Shown in pieces: positions 43,801 through 53,700 of a DNA stretch of 64,000 nt. Where the stretch lies: NCBI GenBank assembly GCA_030704615.1, contig CM060733.1, forward strand, positions 61,442,001 through 61,506,000, read 5' to 3'. A program made the position numbers and the translations under genes. The DNA is from Takakia lepidozioides (Eukaryota; Plantae; Bryophyta). The notes beneath the pieces are model-generated. The model worked only from the letters and a program-made list of their open reading frames with translations. It was not told where the DNA came from and ran no database searches. Position 1 is the stretch's first letter, and the number at the start of each line of letters is the position of its first letter.

Positions 43801-45522
43801 TTTTCAACAGGAGTTTCATGATTGTTCAGGAGCACTGTGGAATTTGTCATCAGACATAGCCATAGGTGATCTTGTGAGAGGAAGGATATTTTTCAACAGG
43901 AACAGGCTGATCAAGACAAGACCTAAAGAAGGTCTGTGGCAAGGGATCTAGACCTGCTCATCCAGTTCTACAGAGAAATTTCCATTGACATCCAGAAACC
44001 TTCTGATGCCCTACTAACCTACCTTGTTTTCCACATCCCACAGTTGGGCAGTGAGCATTTTCAGAGTCAGATCACACTATGCATCAAGACAGGCAGAGCT
44101 GGTGCAAGAATAGGATTTGTGCCGTATGCAAAAACTACTAGCAGAAGTAACACCATTTTGTGTCTCCTATCCATTACACTGCAAGATGAGGGGAAGTACT
44201 GTCGTCTCACAGATTGCTGAGACCCTCAGTTATCAAGACCAGAAGTTAAGAGCAACACCAGAGAAGACTATCCATTTCTGAACATTATTGGGGAGTGTCA
44301 GGTAAAGCTCTTAGCTTGGAGAGGGGGTCTTACATTTGGATTTTGGAAATATGTTTAGTACCTAGGCTTTCACAAACCTGCTTGCATCTTTTCCAACCCT
44401 CTCTCCCTCTCTCGAAGTGCTAAGCAGCTGCTGCTGATCTGGCTGCAGGAAGTAGTATGCAAAAACCTTGGGATCGAGGGTTATACGGGACCGTTATGCC
44501 TCGGCGGCCAATGCTCTCATTCGGGCTGAGGATCATTTGGTTTAGCAATCTCCCGTTGGAACTTTCTATCGGTGCCATAGGCCCTTTGGGCTTTCTGTGG
44601 ACATGGATAGTTTCTCTCCTTTTCTGTTCTATATAAGATTCCCGCTCAAACTGGGCGCGGGGTCATTGGCCACAAGGCTACGGCAAACAACGTCTTATGA
44701 GTACAATCTGTTCTATATAAGAGTTTCCAGTTTGTGACATGGGTGAGGATGATCTGAAGGGCCACCTACCCTTGGCCCTGGACTGAAATGAAAACTCAAG
44801 GTGGGGAGTCCACCTTTGAACAATAAACAGACGTAAAGAGCAAAGGGAAATTGTCCGATGTGCTTGTGGCCTGCACACAATATCCATTTGGGGCACGAGC
44901 GACCCTCTTCAGGACCATCAAGAACTTAGTCCCTGCACCTCTGTTCATCAACTTTCAAAATCTTGAGGCTGAGCCTAGCCCTGGCCATCTGAGGGTCTGG
45001 GCAGCAGACTGATGCGTGTGTGAAGGGCTATCTAGAGGAAATCTGGAAAGCCCAACTCATTGTTTTATCAAGGTAAGTCCCACTACTGGAGGGAGCCCCT
45101 CACAAAGGTAGTGTATGTTCCCTTCCTGGGTGTATGGCCACAAGGCTACAGCAAACATCTTATAAGTACATTATGTTCTCTATAGCACTGGCAAAGTCAA
45201 GAACTGCTTTTACCTTGCGCATAAACTCTTCAGAACCAACTTGATATCTATGTTAGATCAGTGTGCAGCAGGCATAGACACTGCTATCTCAAATGACATC
45301 TTTCCTTCCAGCTGAAACATCAACATAGCCAAGTGCAGAGACATGCCATTGAGTATTGAGCTAACAGACTCACACGTTGTCCAGGTAAGATAAATTACTG
45401 CAGCTCATTGGAATGGAGCCATGCAGGGATTTTCCTGTGCAATTCCTGACAGTCACAACAAGCAGCATCAGCACCCCCCCTGCTTCCAATAGCCAATCAC
45501 GCAAGAATTTCTGGTGCAGCAT
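37895..45522 (-). CDS. SYMRK: SYMRK/DMI2/NORK-type LRR receptor-like kinase with intact kinase and reduced ectodomain (5' end uncertain)
   Basis: Exons (-): 45445-45374 (LRR; open upstream to ATG 45522/45558), 43472-43407, 43241-43006 (TM), 42592-42363, 41926-41800, 41569-41501, 41110-40921, 38730-38598, 38236-37895. All phases join (513 aa from ATG 45522). SYMRK-diagnostic strings: [116 protein letters not shown], terminal PDPR. Confidence 0.9.
39400..40556 (+). mobile_element. 5'-truncated degenerate LINE (RTEX/L2/CR1-like rather than L1) in a SYMRK intron, antisense to the gene
   Basis: RT motif ADDF at 39484-39495, [43 protein letters not shown]-terminal [22 protein letters not shown] and 3' tail ccacaagcctacggcacacgacgtcttatgagtacattctatct. 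Frameshifts and stops present. Confidence 0.8.
44640..45182 (+). mobile_element. Two head-to-tail 3' fragments of the same LINE family
   Basis: gctcaaactgggcgcggggtcattggccacaaggctacggcaaacaacgtcttatgagtacaatct (~44644-44709) is followed directly by tttccagtttgtgacatgggtgagg...ggccacaaggctacagcaaacatcttataagtacatt (to ~45172). Both are homologous to 40234-40556. Confidence 0.8.
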
Positions 45523-47484
45523 ATTCTGTGTATGGCCCAGATCTAGTCCTGGCTGCATTTAAGGTGATCTCATTACTTTTATGGCATTACGGGTGTCCGA
45601 AACTTGCGATGCCGTTACCACCGGTGGTTTGAGTCTGCTGCAGATGTGCGTATGACACCTTCCCGCGCAAAGGCCAGTTGACTATTATTGGAGAAATGAA
45701 ATGGTGTGAAATTAGCCACATTACCCACTAAAAAAGCCAGAACTGGGCTGTGATGTACAAGGGAAATCCAATAGATCTTAGTTTGTGGGATGCCCCATAC
45801 GTGGGACACCTTATGAATTTTACCGTGGAAAGCTCATAGAGCTCATGGGAGAGCAATGATCCCCATCGCAGAGAGTGGATTGAGATTTTCTGTACTGATG
45901 CTCAGACACGGGCCTTTCACAGTTTTGCCAAAATTCCCAATACCCCTGGTGTTTTCACACAATGATGCCTCTCTACGTGTGTATTCGAAGGCTGGTATGG
46001 ATACGATTTTGCAGGGTGCTTCCTGTAACCATAAAATTCTCCTTCCAATCATGTTCAATAGTAGAGTTGCGGGAGCTTCTACTTGCCTGCCAAGACCGCC
46101 CTGACTCGTTAGCAGATCGAATGCTGCGAAGCGATCCTTTGAGTTACATGGACTTGTCGGATGGACCTGCTGTAGCCTGATAAACCACTCCGTGGTAATC
46201 TCTTGAACATCCAAAGTACAAACCTCAAAGGCAACTCATCGCAGTTGTCTTACGTGAATTGACGCGTTTTGTTTCCGTACCAAATCATGATCAACAGACG
46301 GGATCGAGAGATGCCCAGGCAGCTGTGCCAGCTGCCTCACTTTCTTCAACCTTCCTGACTAGCCTGTCCCTCCAGTCCCCCCAACATATTCTTCCTCCTC
46401 TCTCCCTCTCTTTCCGTCTCTCCAGCTGACTCCACATAAGACGAACAGTGCGATCAGAGCAATGCCATAGGCCTGTCCTGTCTCTGTGCTCCCCACCTGC
46501 CTCGCACCTTCACAATTAAAAGACAGACTACAAACACATGACAGTCAGAATCCACATAGATATATTCCAGACGAGCATCCCCTGCCTTTGGCATCTTTCG
46601 GTCCAAGAATCTGTCGGTCATCTGCTGGTGGGGCCGTTTTGGACTATTTGGGAGGGATGCTTGCAACTCGAGTCAAGAATGTGTAGCACGTAAGCACGCC
46701 ATGCGCCACGTTTCTCTACCACCACCTCCCTTCTATTCCTCGCCTTTGTCGAGAAAGAGATTCCATTGTGAGTAGCAAAACCAGCATAGAAAGGTTGGTG
46801 AAGCCACAGTGAACCAGAGTTGTTGTTCAACTGCTCTGCACATGATGGGGCTGAACAAGACTGGGGGTTGTGAGAATCCAGGGTGAGCAAACTCAAGTGC
46901 AGTAGTTGGACACAGATCAAATTCCTTGTATGATCACAATTAATGGGCAAAATGCCTGATTCAATGTCTAGGATTTCTCTCTTTGTCAGAAGGTCAGAGT
47001 ACGCCACTTTCTTGGCACTTGTGGAAGCCCATAAGTTGAGCAAGTGGAATTGGTGTGAAAGGGGTTTACATACAAGATAAGTGTGTGGTGTTAGTCGTGG
47101 TGACAAGTGAATGTCTTCAAATTGGAGTGAGGTTAGTGCACAGCGGGCAATTAAAAGGAACCCAACGGTGGAGATGTTCAATGGCAAAAATGTCGGCAAG
47201 GCATAGAAGAGACACGGTAGATAAGAGTTCTGTGGGATGTCTCAAACTCAGGCTGGTCGAAAGGCACCAAAGGAGAACAAGGGGGTGAAGACAATGCCTA
47301 GGAATCAGCTCATTAACAATCAACTCGGACTAGAGAATCAGCCATGCTCTCTTAGACCTGCAAGCTGTGCCAATCCGCCACCCATCGATTTCGGACTTTG
47401 TCCAAATCGACGCCTGCAAGATACAACAAGCAAACTCGAAAGTCTTTAGCTTACACAGATAATGCTATTTACAAGCAAAGAAGA

Positions 47485-47640
47485 ACGAAACGAAATGAAA
47501 TGGTAATTTATAATGTCCACAGGGAAGCTCAAAGAGCTTATGGGACGAGGAAGAAAGAAACAATAAAGAGAGAGGAGCCACAAACAGCCCAAAAGCACCG
47601 AAGAAATGAAATGGTACTTTGTAACGTCCACAAGAAGAAA
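47485..47640 (-). repeat. Tandem copies of a dispersed repeat ending in (CATTT)n, probable retroposon 3' end
   Basis: gaaatgaaatggt..ttt(a/g)taa(t/c)gtccac at ~47492 and ~47603. A related copy gaaatgaaatgaaatggtcctttataacatccgcggaaagctcatagag lies at ~38794-38841 and a partial one at ~45827-45842. Confidence 0.65.
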
Positions 47641-47733
47641 GAAGAGTGTGAAGTACAGAGAAAGACAAACAAGATATTATGATTTTTTCACAAAGCATAA
47701 TTGTAACATAGATTCATCTAGAGGGTAGCAAAA

Positions 47734-50700
47734 TTACTTGTGAAAATCATCTCTCATCGGGATGTCTATACAACATGGAGCACCATGCATGGTGCCATTC
47801 ACCAGTCCGTCAAATGACATATGAGGGTTGATCATGGCCATGCTATGTGGAGGGCTGCACTCAGTGAGAACCAGGTGTGATGGTGGTACTGGTGTCGAAA
47901 TCCTTGAGGTTCCCTGCGCCATTTGCTGCAGTCGTGCTCTTGCCAGCTTCGATGCTATTTCTGAGTCTCCTACCTGCTCCTCCCATTAGTCCTCCAGTCA
48001 AGCTCACTCTCTCTCTCCCACAAGGCTACGGCAAACAACGTCTTATTATACAATCTCTCTCTCTCAACATGAAAGAGTGTTACAGACAAAGAGCTTAATC
48101 CCAAACACAGAAAGGCTTCAACACTTACTTACAATCAGGGAAGCAGCACTTCAACTATTTGCTTCCACACTGTGTTAAGTGTTAGCTATGTAGATCATCA
48201 ACTGACATATCCCTGTGAGGCTCTTGCAGTCCATTTTCAACACACACAGCATTAGCTTCCAGGTAATATCAAAGTCAACTATTTCTATTGCAAGTGGGAA
48301 GACAAGGGCACACTTTGTTGCTGGCAGCCATGGCCACGTCGCGGGAGGTAACAGAGCGCTTGACACGCTCGCGAACCTGGGAACGGCGCTGCATTTTTAT
48401 CTCCTCCTCCAGTGAAGCCTTGTCGCCCTTCAGTTTGTTCATCTCTAACAACAGCTGGTTCACTGTGTTCATCAGATCCATCTTCTCCACCGGGATGCGG
48501 CCACTGCGCGGCTGCCTTATCAAAAACTGCACCCCAACGCTCCCGTACTTGAGTACAGAGCGGATAGGGAGGGAGAGGGAAAAGAGGGTGAACGCTACTA
48601 ATCAGAGAGCCCTCCTTGCATTGTCACGCACTTGCATTCTAGATTCATACAACAATATGAGACTGTTGCAGAGTCACTTCAAACCAAGCCAAGCCAAGTT
48701 TGCAAATAACTGAGCTACTATGGGACTGACTAGACAGGGAGTTGTTTCAGCATATTTGCAGCTCAAACTCTCAGGATCAAGCATAAAGTTGAGTCTACTG
48801 GTGCCTTGGTCCAGCAGTTCAAGAGGAACAGGCAAACATGGAAGTTCAAGAGCGCGACATCCAAAAAGCCACAGAGTATAGACCCATAGTAAACAGAAGC
48901 CTCTCTAGACAGCCCTGATTATTTAGTCACCTTCTGATTAAGCTTCAACGTCTCCAGTTCAGTATTCACTTTTTCGTTCTCCTGCATTTCATCCCCAACA
49001 CACCTTCAGTTCCCAAAGCAGAGCTGTAGCTGGCAGAAAATTCTCTGCTTCCAGATTTTCCAATCTGCCCCATTGTCCCTATTGAAAAAACAATTAAAGT
49101 GCCCCTTTACCCATGCCTTACAGAGACACATCGTGTCTTGATAAGCAGACATGAATGGTGACTTTCCTAATGATAGCAATTCAGAGAGGAAGGACCTTGC
49201 GCAAAGCGAAGAGCTGGGACACAAGTTGTGAGCGCGCTGAGGTTTCGTCCTTAAGGCTGGCTTCCAGCAACGCACGTGACCCCTCCACGGTGGCTAACCT
49301 ATTTTGCAGAGCTTGGCACTCCCTCTGCATCTCTGCAAAGCGGCTCTGCCCAGCTGCCTCCTCCGTTTCATACATCTTCAACTTTGCCTTCAACTGCTTC
49401 ACTTCAGCATTGAACAAATTCTGCCCCCAGCACCACCTCACCACCTCAGTGGCCTGCCACATATATTTATGCCAATGGACATAGGTGGCGAACTGTCCCG
49501 CTCAAGAACTTGATTTGGGTAAATAGATGTGTGCAAGTTTACATAACCAGAACGTTCATCATGAGTAATACAACCACAGGTTACAACCAAAAAGGCAACC
49601 CATGATCTCCTGAGGTTGGAATCATGAGAGGTTCAATTGGTGAGGTTCTTGGGTGACTGAGAAGTCCAAGCAGAATATCAGGGCATACGCATGGATGGTC
49701 AGAGACGCAGATCTAAAAGCTGCTATCTTGTTGATTAGGACTGAGTTACAAGTGGTTTTCTATGGAGCAACAGAGCTCTGTTGAAGTCCCTTGCCAGGCT
49801 GTATCCACTATATGCTACATTTACCAGGAATTAACCCGTCTGTATCATTAGCAGGAGAGTAGTTGAAACCATGTTACCAATATAACCACAAGCTACAGGA
49901 GGGAAAACCTGCAAAGAATGCAGCTCTTGCCGCAGCATATTCTTCTCAAAACCCACGTCATCATTGGTAGAGGACAATGGGCCCTGTTTCATTGTATGCT
50001 TTGAATCCCTCTCTCGTGCCACCTGGAGCTCTGCTCTCAGCTCTTCATTCTCCTGCTTTAACTGCATCCACCAGAGACACAACATCTAAGTTCATCAAAA
50101 CAGCATTTTACATTCTGAGTTCTGTGAGATACAACAGATTTTCTGTGATGACAACCTCTATACTTGTTGACCTCTGAATTGTGGAGGCCCAAAGACCTGC
50201 AGCAAGATCTGATTCAAAACAACAGAAATACACAATACTTTGGAAGCCCTGATACAGAGAGGAATGCCACAGGTTGTCCTACGCCTTTCAGGTGCAGGTA
50301 GCCTGCTAAAAGCTGTGCAGTACATATCAGTAAAGAAGCAGGAAAAATCAACCAACCTTGCCACGAATCAGGACAAGAGTATCATTCTTGGCGTCCACAA
50401 TCACCCGTAGTAGCGTGAGCCCACTTTCCAACCTTGATAACTGGCCCCACATGAAAGGTAAGAAGAATAGCAGCCAAAAACCATGCATCCTTGACATGCA
50501 CCTTACAGGTAAATTGATGTACTGTTTTTACCCGTTTTATACAGAGGATGAGCAGACTTGGGTGAATAAGGTCCACTGACCAACTGACCATCCTATGCAA
50601 TTCACCTGAGTGGTACTCAATTAGAAAGGCCCCAGCAATAAATGACTTGATATCCCTAGTATCCCGGAATAAGCCACCTGAATCAAAAGGTCCCAACTGG

Positions 50701-53700
50701 CTCTGTAAAGCCCTGATTGGGTCATTGTTTAGCATTGGTAAACCCCTCCTGGTTTTCAATACTAGGCATGAGGCTGCAGCAGTGCCTGAATGCTTCATTG
50801 CTTGATAGCCAGGTCACAGTTTTTCATTATGCTCAAGAACCATTGCATGCACCGAAGTCTGAAGAGGGTACTGGTGGAGTTACTTAACCAGGAGAATCAA
50901 TTGCATAAAAGAACTGCCATTATGCAGTTCCCAGCAGTTGAAGGCCCATAAACGGCGTCACTATCAATCTGGGTGATTCTCACTTGTGAAAACCAAACAG
51001 GGTACACACCAAAGTCTACTAAAAAAGGAAATTGCCTTACAATATAGAAAGCCTTGATTGGGTATTGAGGACAAGCTGCACATCCTAAGCAAATGGCTGA
51101 GGAGAACTGTTCTTTAATAATCATCAAACAGAAAGACATAGGTTGTATGAGAAGGCAGGTCAACAGTTTTTATCTACTTCAGTGATTTAAGTTCATACCT
51201 CTTCCAACAATGGTTTAGGACCTCCTGAATCTGAGGACATCTTGCGTGACTTGGAAATATCACTGGCGGCAGTTTTGAAAGTGGGTAGGACATGTCGCTG
51301 GAAGGAATCAACGGAGTCTGCTAGGGCAGTGACCATGCCAGAGCTCTTGCTAAATGACTCTTCCAGCACATTCAAGCGATCCACCATTGCATTCTCAGCA
51401 ATAGCAGCACTGTGCTTAAAATCGTCCAGCATGCTGGCTGCCAGCTCCTTCTCAGATCCTAGCTTCTCCTTTTCGGTAAGGGCTTGCAGTAGTTGTGCTG
51501 ACGTTGATTGCAACAAGCCCTTCATTTGCTCCACCTCCCCTTTCAACTGTACAGTTGCTCCTTGCACAAGCGATGTCACCTCAACATCTCGATGTGCCCG
51601 CAGCCTTTGGAGCTCAATTCTCTGAGTGGCCAATGGGGCATGCATTAGGTAGTGGTGGGCCCCAGTTGGGCTAAACAAAGGTGCGTACATTATTAACAGT
51701 CAAATGTGAACAAGAGACTCAGAGGGAGGGAGAGAAGAGACCCACTTGGTTTTTTTCACGCGCGATGATGTCATTAAGTTGAAAACGAAGGAGATCATTT
51801 TCGTTCCGCAATGTCCGGGTAATCAAACTCTCCACTTCTCCTCGTTGACTAGACCTTGGGGGCTGAATCATAAGCAACCAATCATAAGACATTGCTCACT
51901 TCATATTGGAGGACATTGAAGGAAGGTAGGCTACTTCGAGAGCATACCAGGGTAATGCCAGGGTAATGCAATGCTGATGTAGCGGTTTTGACTTTGACTT
52001 GTTTTCGAAGTTACTAAACTTTCTATAGGGGAACCCCTGGACGGGACAAGTTGGGCAACAGACAGACAGAAGAGCAAAGCAGACATCCACCAACTGAACT
52101 TTGGAGAGCTACTGGGGCATCAAAAGTGTCTGCTTAAAGGCATTGAAATTAAGGAGCAAACCACACCTCACTTGTGGAAGGGTCAGTGCCACCCCGACCT
52201 CCACCTGTGCCTGCAATCCGTTGACTAGACCTTGGTGCCTGAGACATGAGGTCCAAATTATCAGATCCAAACAACTCAAGGGAACTGCTACTTCACCTCC
52301 GAGCATAGTCCCAGAGAGGAAAAGCATTTGCAGAAGCATTTTACTTTTCCGACAAATGCTTGATAGTGATCTGTCCAGGGCCACTTGTACATGTGGCAAG
52401 TGTGTGGCAGCACCTTGTGCCCATGGACTGGAAATATAATTGAAGTAGAGGATGAGGAGTAGCCATTCCTACTGAAGAAGGAATCAAGGATCAAGCCGCA
52501 CCTCAGTTGTGGATGGTTCTGCAGCACCCCGACATCCACGAGTGCCTGCAGTGACAAAAGACATAGAGAGCCTCATCACTGAGTGGGAACTACTATTTTA
52601 GGGGTCTGAAAGGATTCACTTGCAGTTTGCATTCTTAAGTTCGTGTGTTCTTAATTATGTCCAAATACATATATCACAGGGAATTACTTCAGTTGCGTGC
52701 CATGTGGTTGCACTTCTGCAGATTTTAGGCAACAAGGGTTTTTGCCGCTCTCCACATGTTGTTGTGAAGGGTCGAAATTTGAGCAAACAGCCATGAAGTA
52801 TCTTCAGCAATTCTTTCCCTCTGTAGAAGGTAGAGAACTAAAAACTTAGCTGCAGTCGTTAAGAGTGGCAGATCACATCTTAATGAAAGGGATGGTGAGG
52901 AAGCAACAAGATGTCCATGAAAATCCTATAAGCAACATTATTACAACACTAACCATTCACCACCTGCTACTCCCTTTCCTCCACTATCTGGCTGCATACA
53001 AGGTTTGATTCACCATTACAACTGATTCTTGCCTGCCTACTACCCAATGCTCTGTTTGCTACTAGCCAGGACTCTGACTCTCAGTGTGTAGGTCAATATC
53101 ACAGCTACCGTGCTGCCCTTGGAGCTGTTTAATGTGGAGCAGGCACTCATCCACCAGCATAGGTACATTTTGGTTCTCACATTCGGAAAGTAATTACCTG
53201 CATGCATTAGAGTTATCCGTAAAGGGTCCCAAACTCGGTATGAGAACCCTGAGTTTGGCCAAAACTCGGCGTGAGACTCAAACCTCAGGATGTGAGGGTA
53301 CGACTAGAAAAAACACGGGACCAAACTGCCAGGACCAGGGAAATGTTCGTGGCAGGAGTTTGGACCCGAGTTTTGTTCCTCTCCGAGGCAGAGGCAGTCA
53401 GAGCTCACGAAGCAGCCATTGCCCTCATCCCCAGTTTATGATTTGGTGCCCTCTTTTCTGACTTCGTGCCCAGTTTTCTGCACTTTCCGGATTTACTCAA
53501 TCTCGGGATGAAACCCGTAACTCGGGTCCAAACAGGGTACCAAACTCAGGCTCACTTTCCGGATAACTCTATTACAGCTAGATTCTTTGGTAACATTTGT
53601 GATTGATCCCAGTTTTGAAAACCTTTTCCTGATGCTTAGTAGCACCATAACACACGGCTGGACGGTTGAGACTCAACATTAAAACCACTGTGAAAACCCT

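Noticed and set aside
44068-44175. Minus-strand signal-peptide-like [18 protein letters not shown] in a SYMRK intron
   Set aside because: Hits a stop after ~35 codons with no phase-compatible donor.
45843-46214. 123-aa minus-strand ORF (LQQVHPTSPCNSKD...WLQEAPC) as the remnant of the SYMRK MLD end/GDPC exon
   Set aside because: Resemblance to LQVxPW..TN..D and WSGDPC is faint, and there is no good phase-2 donor to join the 45445 exon. Not supportable without a profile search.
46618-47199. 193-aa minus-strand ORF as the SYMRK malectin-like domain
   Set aside because: None of the MLD motifs (CY.L, YLIR..F, PFIS.LELR, DRIW, PP..VLQTA) is present.
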